From Epithemia pelagica (taxonomy: Eukaryota; Protista; Bacillariophyta), in NCBI GenBank assembly GCA_946965045.2, contig OX337238.1, forward strand, positions 1,178,001-1,242,000: a stretch of 64,000 bases of DNA. The letters are read 5' to 3'. Each line of letters begins with the position of its first letter. Position 1 is the stretch's first letter. Below the pieces are notes generated by a model, which saw only the letters and a program-made list of their open reading frames with translations, was not told where the DNA came from and did not search any database. Below, in pieces: positions 1-11,500 of the stretch. The translations under genes were made by a program, and so were the position numbers.

Positions 1-379
1 CCACCACCATCAGAAGTCCAGAAGACTGGATCAGAATCTCACATCTGGGCGCTGCTGCTGTGCCAATGCATATGGTATCTACAAGTATTCCGTCAGCTGT
101 GTAAGAATCTCATTGTTGGAGTGTTCGTACCCTAATAATCGTGCTTGGTGTGCCACACAATCGGTGGTTGAGATATCGTTCAGCACAGACAGTGCGTGAG
201 AAGTGAACGCTCCTCTTGTGTCACCACGGTGCCAACTACTGCCAGCACCGTATTTGGACGAACCCTTCACCACCAAGGTTCAAAACGTGATTGCGACCAC
301 ATCCAACAGTCTCGAAAAAGACTACGTTCCGGACGACCCGAACGAGCTCATCCTTGCCAAACAGACTGCAAACAGCACC

Positions 380-2732
380 ATGTCCAACCATTCCAACCGG
401 ACATTCAACGATCTGCTGCAAGATGGAGAAGAAAAGACGAATTATCGAGACAAACCGCAGCAAACTACCACCACTGTGTTGACGTCATCGTCGTGTTGGG
501 AAACGGAATCGCCCACACCCATGACGAGTCGGCCGCACTTTAAAGTCTTGCATCGACAGTCACAACAACACCCACAACCCTATGAATTATTGGAGCTTCC
601 CTACGAGGACCACAAGAGTCATTCTCCTCATAGAGGTCGAGGACGAAGTCAGTCCTTGGGATCAGACTACCTTCAAACTACCAAGGAGGATTCGGAAACT
701 GGAACCTTGGTGTGGGCTACAGCGGACCTATCGTCTTCATCTTCCTCCTTACCCAAACGACGCCGGACAACCGCAACAGCTTCTCCCGCCCATCAGCAAC
801 AGCAGCATCGTGATTGGAAAGATTTGTGGTTGCAAACGTCTTTTCAACAACAGCAACAATCGCAATGTCTGGCCTTACCTCCCTTGCATCCCAAAACAAC
901 CGCTGGAGGGGGAGGAGGAGGACCGACCTTATATTATCAAAACCATGAAGCATCCAGTCACAACAGCCTTCCACCAGACGAAGCAGAAGAAGAAGACTGC
1001 GACGACAAGAGTCCATTAAAAGTCTCCATGTGTGTCGAAAAGGGGGACGATGCCTCGCAACGATCGTCTTCTGATGTACCCACCATTACGCCAACTATGA
1101 TTACAACCACTACACCGCCCCAATCCTCCCCCACTTCGTGGATCTCTCACATCTTGTATGGGTTGATCAATGCCACCATTATCTTGCCTGTCCTCATGAG
1201 TTTTTCGTCCATTATTTATCGCGATCAAGCCTTTGCGCCCTACTTTTCCCACTTGGTCCAACTCGTGTCGGTTTCCGGTATGGTCCATCAACTTTGTTTT
1301 TCCACCTTTTCCAGTCTCCCCTTTGCGGTGGGACAAGTCCAAGATGCCGGTAGGTTGACCTTGATGTGCAGAGAAATGTATTGATGCCGTGCTGTTGCTC
1401 ATACCGGTTCTTGTTGTCACTCTTTTGCTTGTTTTTGCTTATTGTACAGGTTTGATTTTCTTGTCTGCCATGGCAAGCTATATCGTCCAATATTGTGAAG
1501 AACGAGGTTACGGCGATGATGTCATGCTAGCAACTGTGACAGTCTGCTTGTCCTTGGCCACGGCTTTGTTGGGCGTGGGTTTGTTGATCATTGGCCAAGC
1601 CGGTTTGGCCGAATGTATCCAGTTTTTACCCACCTGTGTCATTGGTGGTTATTTGGCCTTTATTGGATGGTTCTGTGGCATGGCCGGTATCGGACTCATG
1701 GCTCATGCCAGCAGTGTTTCCTTCACCGTACTGGCGAATGGGTGGAATTTGATTCTTCCTGGCGTACTCGGAGGCCTGACGATTTATTCCATTTCCAAAT
1801 GGCTTCGACACATTGCCGTCCTTCCGTGCTTCATGATCTTGATGTTGTTCTTGTTTTACATTGTCTTGTTCTGGACCGGAACTACTTTAGAAGAAGTGAC
1901 GCAACAGGGATGGATGATTGGTGGTGAGAAGGACGAAAATGGTGTCATCACCTCACAACCCTTGCCGAGTTGGAAGGAAACGTGGCAATTTTTTCGGTTT
2001 GACAAGGTCGCCTGGTCTGTCTTGCCCCAATTGTTGTGGACCGAATTGTCCATGATTGTTGTCGTGGCCATGAGTTCCTCCTTGGATGTGGCGGCCATCG
2101 AATTGGAAATGAAACGTCCACTCAATTACAATGGCGAATTGAAAATGGTGGGTTTGTCCAATTTGGTGTCGGGGTTGACGGGAGGATACACTGGGTCCTA
2201 TATTTTTTCGCAATCCATATTTTCGTTACGAAACGGCATTCGCAGCCCCCTGGCTGGTTATGTCTTGGCCACGGCACAAGCCCTCTTTTTCCTCCTCGAC
2301 GTACCCGTCGTAGCCTATGTGCCATCCTTTTTCTTTGGATCCCTCTTGTCCATGATTTGTATGGATTTGTTGTATGAATGGTTGTGGGATGTTCGACAAA
2401 AGGTCACACCGGTCGAATACCTCATTTGTTGGCTCACCTTTTTGTGCATTCATTTCACGGGCGTGGAAATGGGCATTGCCCTTGGTGTTGTCCTCCATGC
2501 TGTGAGTCAAAAAATTGGATTACATGTCGGACAACCGCAATCACAACAGCAACATCAAGCACCAGATGCAGTTGCGGGAGAAGAAAAACTCACCACCACC
2601 AAGCAAGACGGAGCAGCGGCTGGACCAGCCTCCCTCGAGGAACGAACCACAACGACCTGGGCATCGACCGGCGTGAATTCCTCGCCCTATACGGAAAACA
2701 GTCTCCTTCTTGCATTCTTCCATCCGTCGTAA
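380..2732 (+). CDS. SulP/SLC26-family anion (sulfate/bicarbonate) transporter, 2 exons, no STAS domain visible
   Basis: ORFs 203-1384 and 1389-2732 are joined by a GT-AG intron at 1350-1449, giving ...GQVQDAG|LIFL.... Multiple TM helices and SulP-like motifs (PFAVGQVQDAG, ELKMVGLSNLVSG, GYTGSYIFSQS). First in-frame ATG is 380, but the frame is open from 203, so the start is uncertain. Confidence 0.85.
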
Positions 2733-2749
2733 GAGAGAGAGAGAGAGAG
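2732..2749. repeat. (AG)9 microsatellite
   Basis: Direct reading of agagagagagagagagag just after the SulP stop codon. Confidence 0.9.
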
Positions 2750-3278
2750 GATGCGTGTTCAGGAAACTGGAAGAATAGGGAGGAATCTGGAAACACACCA
2801 AGAGCCTTGGACACCACTCAAGACACTGTACACACACTCCTGGCTGGTCCTGTCCTACATTTGGTGATTCCATTCTTTTCTTTCCATTCTTCAGGGACAG
2901 GTTCCTTGACATGTCACGGCAAGGTTGTTGGTGGCTGCGCTTCCTTGTGTCACGATTTGTCCGAATGTACATTGGAAATTGTATATCTTCTGCGAGGTTT
3001 GGTTATTCGAATGAGACTTGTGTGTGTGGTTGGACCACATCGTATGCAATGTATAATAGGGTCTACCAGGATTTGTTAAAAAACACGATAGATGCTACGG
3101 GGGTCGTTTCATGGGGCCTTGTCAAACTACCCATGACACGACAGATCAACCCTCTATAAAACCTCTTAACGTACAGATGTTAATACTCCTAGTATGTTTT
3201 CATGTTTCCCCTTGTAGACCATTTGAATCATCTTTCCCTAGTGAAATGGATCCGATCCCAATTCCCTTAAAAGGGATC

Positions 3279-4877
3279 TCAAGGATTGTGTCGAACCTTT
3301 TCCCATGCAAGTACAGAAGGATGCGAAACACCAACCAGCAGAATCTTGTCGCAGCGATTCGGAATTTCTAGGGATTGCAACATGAGAACATCGACGGCGT
3401 ACAAATGACACACATCTCGGAGCAACGGGGCTGTAAAGTCGTTGACAGACATTTGCGTGAGCACCGGATGGGGGCGATAACCGGTAGTGGTACCATTCCG
3501 TCGACTCAATATTTGGGTCTTGGTCGTTGTGGTCGATTGAAGCTGCGTCGTACTTGCCGTAGCTCTTCGCCAAGCAGGCACAGCTGTCTGGTTGCCCACA
3601 GCACGTCTCGGAAGCTTGCTCGGTAAACCAAAATTGACTCTTTGTTGTTGTGTTGTTGTTGGTTGCTTTTGCTGTTCGGAAAAGGTGGCAAGGACAGTCG
3701 ACAGAGATTCTTCCATACTAAATACTGCTACGGGAACATCATGCCAAACGGTTCCAAAGGCAATTTCCAATGCTTGAGGAGCAAAATGCACTTCAAAGCC
3801 CGTCACGGAATGATTTCGCACGTACTGAATACTGCATGCGAGGGTTTCCACCGGCGTGGCCTTGAGACACGCCTTGCGAAATTGAACCGCCACAGGCCCC
3901 GTCGATCCGGCACTACCCATCACTTGCCCAATCGATGAAATGAACCGAGTCACAGGGTCACGAACCAACGTGTACAACACGAACGGTTGAACCTCTTGTG
4001 GCAATGTAGCCTCTGGGCCAGCGCTTTCTCCATAGTCTTCTTCTTGGTCGTCGTCGTCCTCTTCTTGCGCCTTTTCTTCGGGAAGATTAAACGACAATGG
4101 ATAGCGGACAGCCTGACGTATCGTACGAATGGTTTCCATATAGCGCTGTGGTTCAATTTCAACAGGATTTCGGGGATGAAACCAACGTAGTCGATGTGTC
4201 TGTCCATACCCCTGCTGCGTCAAAATATTTTGTGTATCTCTCATGCTGGTCCCACCAGCCTTGTGAACATGAATATAAGCCAACCGCTCCCAGTGTTCTT
4301 CGGGGAAAGCAAAAGAGGGTGGCATAGAGTTCGCATCGGGCGCCTTTGTTGTTTGAACTGGTAGAGTAATCCGCCGTGGCGATGCTTTCCCCGTCGAAGA
4401 ATTTGTTGAAGAATCCATGATGAATTTGAATTTTGTGGTAAAGATATTAAACCCAATACGTGGCCCTGATCGCCACAAGCGGCGTTGCCGCAACCGTTCT
4501 TCGGTTTCTGTCACCATGTAGGCATAGTCTCGTCCCAAACCGCAATTTGTATCAAAGAAATTGGCTGGATAAAAGTATCGACACAGCGACGACGCTGAAT
4601 CGCCGTGTCCTTGTTCCGACGGTCGCTGACAATTGAACAGACTAGGAGTAGTAGGTGCTTGATATGGTTGCGAAGAATGGCGTTGATTATGCTTGTGATC
4701 TTGCTTTGGAGAACACAAAAGCTGCACAGACCGCTGGTTTGAGTCGCCCTCCATGGACAGAGTCATGTCCGAGACACTCTCTTGTTGTCGAGAGAGTGGC
4801 ATTTCTAGTGATGGACCAACTAGTGTGATAACCATATACAGGGCCAACGCGGCAATCAAGATCGCATACTGGCTCAT
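3279..4877 (-). CDS. Golgi-type sulfotransferase (Sulfotransfer_2 family), type II membrane protein
   Basis: N-terminal hydrophobic anchor (YAILIAALALYMVITLV) after ATG 4877. 5'-PSB motif YIHVHKAGGTSM and 3'-PB motif LVRDPVTRFISS. Confidence 0.85.
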   Translation of the reverse strand: MSQYAILIAALALYMVITLVGPSLEMPLSRQQESVSDMTLSMEGDSNQRSVQLLCSPKQDHKHNQRHSSQPYQAPTTPSLFNCQRPSEQGHGDSASSLCRYFYPANFFDTNCGLGRDYAYMVTETEERLRQRRLWRSGPRIGFNIFTTKFKFIMDSSTNSSTGKASPRRITLPVQTTKAPDANSMPPSFAFPEEHWERLAYIHVHKAGGTSMRDTQNILTQQGYGQTHRLRWFHPRNPVEIEPQRYMETIRTIRQAVRYPLSFNLPEEKAQEEDDDDQEEDYGESAGPEATLPQEVQPFVLYTLVRDPVTRFISSIGQVMGSAGSTGPVAVQFRKACLKATPVETLACSIQYVRNHSVTGFEVHFAPQALEIAFGTVWHDVPVAVFSMEESLSTVLATFSEQQKQPTTTQQQRVNFGLPSKLPRRAVGNQTAVPAWRRATASTTQLQSTTTTKTQILSRRNGTTTGYRPHPVLTQMSVNDFTAPLLRDVCHLYAVDVLMLQSLEIPNRCDKILLVGVSHPSVLAWEKVRHNP

Positions 4878-5624
4878 GCGGCAGTGACCATGGCTTCGTG
4901 GCGTAAAGTCCCAACACCACCTCAATCTACCGGTGTTTGATGTCATTCTTCTCGGACGGGTCATCCTCACAACTGGCTACTGAAGCTTTGGGGTCGAGAA
5001 ATGAAAGCAGTGGTGTTTGATTTTACAGGAGCCACTTTGCCCACCAATCGTCCCAAATTCTCTTGGTTTATGAAATTTGAAGAGGGGTGCGCGTAAAACT
5101 TATTTTGTGAGAACAGATTTTACGGTCGATGGCCGGCCAACTTTCTGGGCGGTCGTGCGAGAACGGTTTTGGCGCACCTCTTCCATCCTCTTTTTTAGAG
5201 GGAAGTCGGATCGGAGTAGGTAAGGTTAGAGGTAGGTAGTTCAGGTAGCCTCATGGGACGAACAAAACGAAAATATCATCTACTCCTAGAGGAGCACGAG
5301 TGTATTGTAAAGGATTGCGTATTATTCGATCTTTATGAAAGCTTTTGTAGGGGAATAATATTCGCGACAACGGAAAACAAGGCAGCATTCAATGTGTGCC
5401 TTCGCCATGTTTATCGATGTTCTTCTATCACAACTAGTCGTGATCCAATATCCAATGTTACAACGGGCTCTGTGAAGCATATGCATAAATTGCACAAACA
5501 TACGCTTCTATCATAGCGTGGGCTTTGCGAATCAAATGCATAGAATGCGAGCACAACCGGCACAGTTGTATCATGCGTCAAGGAGATATTGCAGCAAATA
5601 CGACACACGCTCTGTACCTCCTTC

Positions 5625-6602
5625 TCATTGTTTCGCAAGTTGACGGGAGATTTCAGCAACACGCTTTCCCAGCCCCTTTGCCTTTTCTCGAAACAAGGGA
5701 CAGACTATCGTAGCTGGATCCCTCGTAGACGAAAGAAACGGACCTTCTCCCACAATGGCCGACGCCCCAAAGGCGGCCGTCCAGTCATGTCCACCAACGA
5801 TCGCAAATTGAAAAATCATCAGAGCTTGAACGAGTTGCAATAATACCATTTCTTGTCCAGCCGATACCCCACCAGCCACGACAAAGGCGGCACCAACCTT
5901 GGGTGGTCGTGGTCTGCTCTGTGTGTCCAGTCGATCGCCACTTGGGTTCAGTTGCTCTAGATTCCATTGCGTCATGATCCACTCCAAGAGCTGCGGATGA
6001 ATGTTTGCATTGATCACGGGGGATCCCAAAATCACAGCATCTGACCATTCAACCACGTCGGATGCGTAGTTGACTTGTTCCACAGTTCGCATGCGTGCCG
6101 TGGCACTGGGAATGAGTTTCACACCCTCCGCAATGGCTTGTGCCATAATGGTCATTTCCACAGTAGAATTTTGGTACACGATCAATACATGTGAGCTGGT
6201 AGAACTGTTTATCATGTCTTTGTTTTCCTTTACATGCAATGGATCCAACTCCAAAGCCGTTCGGCGCAATGTGTTGTGGTTGGAGGAGGGATATTTACTG
6301 CTTCCGACCAAATCCTGGTCCCAATTTCTGTTCCATATTGAGGAACTTGAACCATTGCCTTCTGGATGAGAATTTGTGAAAGACGATGATATCTTCACAT
6401 ACAGAGCTAACAAAGCAATTGTGCAGACAAGCGACTGAAACCACACGAGCTTGAGCCAAAAAGAAGAAGAAGAGAAAGCTGTTGGGTTCTTTGTCAATGC
6501 TGCTCCCATCCTCACATGTCCATAAGAAACATCTCCTTCAGTGATTAATCTTTGGGTCGACTTGGATGAAGGGAGCAGCAGAGATTGGGCTTCGTCTGTC
6601 AT
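5625..6602 (-). CDS. WrbA/flavodoxin-like NAD(P)H:quinone oxidoreductase-like protein with N-terminal TM anchor
   Basis: VLIVY...MAQAIAEGV, DAVILGSPV and KVGAAFVVAGGVSAGQE match the WrbA fold. One TM helix (FWLKLVWFQSLVCTIALLALYV). Confidence 0.85.
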   Translation of the reverse strand: MTDEAQSLLLPSSKSTQRLITEGDVSYGHVRMGAALTKNPTAFSSSSFWLKLVWFQSLVCTIALLALYVKISSSFTNSHPEGNGSSSSIWNRNWDQDLVGSSKYPSSNHNTLRRTALELDPLHVKENKDMINSSTSSHVLIVYQNSTVEMTIMAQAIAEGVKLIPSATARMRTVEQVNYASDVVEWSDAVILGSPVINANIHPQLLEWIMTQWNLEQLNPSGDRLDTQSRPRPPKVGAAFVVAGGVSAGQEMVLLQLVQALMIFQFAIVGGHDWTAAFGASAIVGEGPFLSSTRDPATIVCPLFREKAKGLGKRVAEISRQLAKQ

Positions 6603-6655
6603 GTTCTCCGTTCCCTTTTTTTTCTAGTTTTACTCTCTAGTGTTACAGGGTACTT

Positions 6656-7753
6656 CTAGGCGTTGAGATCGCATAGAAGTGGGGCTGTTGCCGTGGTTGG
6701 CAGGTAGTGGACCATTGGGGCCGGGGAGTAGATGGGAGTAATCGGCACATACTGTGGCCGTGAGAGATTTCGTAACTGTGTCTGTCGTTTCTGTTTGGTG
6801 GTGTGAAAATGGTTGATGGCCGCCATGTGATTGTTGACATGGATTGCAAGGCTTGATACGATAGCGTGGCTGAGAGATGCCTTCGCGAAATGACCCAGAG
6901 AGTAGATGTGGGCTTCGGGGTAGCAAAACTTCTTGGTTTCTTTGTTGGCTGCTGAGAGGAGATTGGATGGAGCGTGGGGTGTCTCCTGGTAAAGGGCGAA
7001 TGCTTGTGGATGGGCGCTGCTACGTTTAGCGTCTTTTCCGAAATGGGGGTCGTTCCAAGGAGGCGGTTGTCCTGGATGAAAGAGGTGAGGCTGGTGGTCG
7101 CTGGAAAAGAGCAAATGTTCTGCGAATGAACCAATCCCGCCGAGGTGGTCTACTGTGAACGGGAGTAGGTATACCCCGTTATGGAAGAGGTGTCTTACTG
7201 TGTTGGGATCCCGACAGAATTTGTTGCGTGCCGCTTCCTGATGCGTCTTGGAGGCCAAATTGGCTATTGTTTGATGGTCAGACGGGTCAGTGATGGGCAG
7301 AGGCTTCTGTGGTGGCGGAATTGTTATGTCAATGGCTGCATATTGGAACGGTTGGTTTTGATGGGGTTGACGCAACAACATTCTGACGTCCGCTGGTCAG
7401 ATGTTGCGGCTATGTTGCGGCGCGAGCCCTGGCGGCTCTATATGGACGTCGTGGGTTGTCTCGACTGCTTTTGCTGCCGGGGCGATTTGTCTGAGGACAT
7501 CGAACAAGGTGTCCCGAATTGCATTCGACAAGGGCGTTTTTGAGGCGGCACTGCAAGAAAACAAGTGGTCGCCTTGCACGTCGAGTGGTTTTTTTCCGGT
7601 GCATTTGCAAATTCTTGGTGATGGCTTGTTTGGGTCGGGGGGGGGGGGGAACAATGGGAGTCGGAGCTTTCTCTTGAGGGCAGTTTTGAAGACCGGGTTC
7701 TGGAGGCGGAATTCGCTGGCTGTCAGTGGCAACGCGAAAGCCATGCTTGTTAA
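6656..7753 (-). pseudogene. 3' part of CRE-like ORF2 (Zn knuckle plus restriction-like endonuclease) with one in-frame stop
   Basis: After removing the Copia and one TSD, ...SLLSPL|TSMAFALP... is in frame. ICKCTG...DHLFSC knuckle; I*PADV with TGA at 7397-7399 where RPAD is expected; then AAIDITI, HQEAARNK, LLPFTVDHLGG. Confidence 0.85.
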
Positions 7754-8538
7754 TGTTACAATTCTTTCTGAATCGTAGGGACATTGATGCTCGGTAGAGC
7801 AGACAATCAGGTAGGTCACCAACCGACACAAACCTCTCCACGGGTAAGAGAGGAAAGCAAGTCGTAGTCTATCAAAAGGATAGTCGGGACACAAAAGAGG
7901 ATGTGATAAATGGTGATATTGTTAGATTGTGTGTTGATTACTACGATAGGTCTACGTGAAATGTTCGGTCCTGCCAAGGGTCATGTGTCATAGGTTCTTG
8001 GCGGCAACAGGTTTGGAATAGTTGGAGTCGATTCATGTGATGTATATGACATGTATATGTGGACGGATAACATATACAGGGTCAACAGCTCTTGCTTTGG
8101 ATTGGCATAGTTGTTTTCATGGCGCGCAGCTTGTTGACAATTTGGAGATTGTGGGAATGGAAATATGGTCTCGCGTGATCGTGTGTCGTGCTTGGGATAC
8201 TTAGACCGTTGGGTCGGATAGATGCCAACAGCGCTCGGATGTCGCTTGGGCGCGCTCGATGATTTCGGGCGCGTACGCTTAGGGCGTTAGTATAATGTCC
8301 GAGCAACGGCCAAATTTACGTCCGTTGTAATACCGCACGACCCAGTTTAGTCTTGAGAGTGAGTTCGTCAATCTATTCTCACTTTTCATGATTTGCGAAG
8401 AAATATAGGTCGATATAGCGCGAAGCTAGGGAACATAGCTCGAAGCTAGATGGCATGATGCGATAGCACGAGGCTATGTGACATGGGGAATCGATGAGAT
8501 GTAGAATCTTACCACCATAGACGGTGAGAATTCTAACA
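7754..8538 (-). repeat. 3' LTR of Copia (785 bp)
   Basis: Direct repeat of 13823-14607 with 6 substitutions found by eye (about 99% identity). Confidence 0.97.
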
Positions 8539-11500
8539 CTCCCCACAACTCGTTGTTTCAGCCTTGTCATCATTGGATTTGTTGAGGTCTTGAACTTCTC
8601 CTTTCCAAAACAACAATGGCTTGAGCATGGGCCAAATAGATACGAAATCCCAATGTTTGCGAAGGATATCGGCAGGGTTGGTCTTTCCATCTTTCCAGTA
8701 GAATGCAACATACTTTGCTGCGATGGCTTCACGAACTCGGCGGTATGACAGAAGATGGTGTCTCTTGGATAGTATGGAATGAGGAACGGTTGCATTGAGC
8801 ACAACAGATCTGTTATCTCCATACATGTAACTTTGCTCTCGGATAGGTACTCCAAGGTAGCGGAGAGAATGTCGTAATTCTGTAATCTGATCTATTGCTG
8901 TCCTTGCAGCCACAAACTCGGATCCATAGGTAGCAGTTTCCACCGTGCTCTGTCTCTTGCTGTACCAGTCAATAGGTGTTCCGTTCAACAAATGTAGAAC
9001 AGCAGTGACGGATTTACCAGTGACTATGTCATGCATGAGATTGGCATCAACATAATGAGTTGTGGTAACATAGCGGCCAAGAGGTGTTGGGCAGTCTTCA
9101 GGAATACGTTCACTTGCATTCGAATAGACAGTGCGAGTCCAATCAAATTCTTGGGTAGGAAGACTTGAATAATCAGGCTCTCCAATCCTAAATCTGATCG
9201 CGCCTTCTGGGAGATGTGCAAGGTATCCATAGATACGCTTGGCTCTATCAAGATGTCCTTTCCTCGGAGCAGCACGAAAGCGTGATAGCGTCATTGTAGC
9301 GGTGAAGACGTCGAAACGACCAATAGTGATCACCCATTGGAGTTGTCCAATCAGAGTTTGGAAATGGCTAGTACCTTCTTCATCAAGGAGCTCAGAATCA
9401 TCCAATTCAGGATGGTCTCCGCCAATAAGAGGTGTTTTGGCTTTCTTGGGTTTCTCCTTGAAGATTCGTTCGAAAGTGTCCATCATCTTACCAATGTAGC
9501 GTCTTGGATCTGCTACTAATGTTCCATCAGAATCCTTGGTGTAACAACATCCCAAGTGGAAATCAATAGGTCCATCTCCTTTGAGTTTGAAGTTGTATTT
9601 CTCCTTCAGGATCTTGCAGATATTCCCAGGATCAGTAGAAATAATGGCTAAGTCATCAACGTATACGGCAATGTATTTGTAACAGTCTTCTCCAGGTGCT
9701 TTCCTCATCCAGATATCCGGATCTGCTTTGCTTGGTGAAAATCCCATGTCTGTCAAAACATCGAATAAGACATCATGCCAGCGTACGCCTGATGACTTCA
9801 ATCCATAAAGTGCCTTGTATATAATCAGGATGTGACCTTCTAATTCCTTGAATTCAGGTCCTGCGACAATGAAGATTTTCTCCCCTGTCAAGGCTTCCAG
9901 ATATGCGTTTCCAATATCTGCTCCCCATATTTCCAAGTCATTCAAAGTACCCAGGAATAAGGCAATGCGGAGGTTGCAAATGGAAACAACACCTGAATAG
10001 ATTGTCTCGACAGGTTCTTTTGTGAGATGTCCATCTGCGACAAGTCTTGCTTTATGTCGTCCATCATGTTTTACGTCAAAAACAAGATGTACACGTATCT
10101 TATGATATCCTTCAGGTGCATTGGATACTTTCCCTTTAATGAAGATGGCTTTCCCAAAATCCTTGAATGTCTTGTAGGACTGGATCTGTGACAATTCTAA
10201 TTCTGTTGCATCCTGCCACTTTGTGTTGCCATGTTGTTTATCAAGAGCGACAGCTTCCTCATAATTGCGTGGTACTTGGAATCCAAACTTATACTTGACG
10301 GAATGGTGAACTTGTTTAATCCTTGACTGTTTGGCTGCTCGAATGAGACGTTTGCTTGTTTTGACATAACGTTTCAAATGCTTCCATCCAGGTTCGTTGA
10401 GTAAACCATGTTTCTTTCCATAAATTGCTACAGTGATCGGATCATCATTGGCGATGAGTGATAAAGGTTCATAGGTAGTCTCCCCAGTTTCCCAATCAAC
10501 AAGCAAATTATATTTGCTCCCCTTGTAATCTGGATCAGTTGTGTTCAGTGGGCCTTGATGGGCAATGACGTCCCTGAACCTGAAAAGATTATCTCCAGAG
10601 GTTTGAGCTTGGTTATCTCGTTCGATATACTCCATGAGTTGATTATAGGATATCATCTCATCAACATCAGAATTTGTCTTTTGGTAGATGTACTTGACAC
10701 GTTCTTCCTGTTTCGTTGCTTCTTCATTAAGATCAATGACTCGTTTGATGACACGTGCACGGTGTCGCTCCCCATTTTCTTCTGTGTTGCATAGGAATGT
10801 GCGTCCTATCATGTCGTCAAAATCGATCGTGGGCATTGGTTTGGATGGATCTTCACTATCACTGCGAATGAAGACAGTGTCAGCTTGCTTATCATTGTCA
10901 TCCTTCTCAGACGAATCCTCCCCTGAAGGTCGATCCACACGTAGGTTAGGTGTAGTGGATTCAACACGGCGAACGGCAGAACGGTAGATTATCTGGTTAT
11001 CCTGGGTGAGAATCTTCCAAGTAAAAGAATCACCAACGTTGTGAGCAAAACCAACCCAGTGGCCAAGTTTCTCATCAGAAGAAGATGGATATGAACCAGA
11101 ATTGGGCTCATCCCAGAAAGGAAAGAACAAGAGATGAGTAATGTCGGGTGGGCGTCCGGAGAGAGCCTCAAGAGGAGTGCGACCGGAATGGGTGGGTGAT
11201 GATGTATGGTTCAATAAGTCACAGACATACTCAAGGCAAAGAAGCCAGGTGTTGGCAGGGCAACCAGTGGCATTCATGAGAGCGTTGGTCATACGTTTGA
11301 CGGTCTGGTAACGGTTTTCAGCCTTATTCTGGTGTTGATGATAAGGTTTGGATCGATACTCCCCAATAAGCAAAGTGCGAAGAATGTCTTTGACCTTTTG
11401 AGAGATGAGAGATGAACCACCATCACTGATAAGAGTCTCCATGGCACCACAAAACCGGATGTTGTCCTGAAGAGTATTGACAAACTGTTTGGTTGACTTG

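Noticed and set aside
5625-6602. Iron-starvation plastid flavodoxin
   Set aside because: The motifs are WrbA-type, and it has a TM anchor rather than a bipartite plastid signal.
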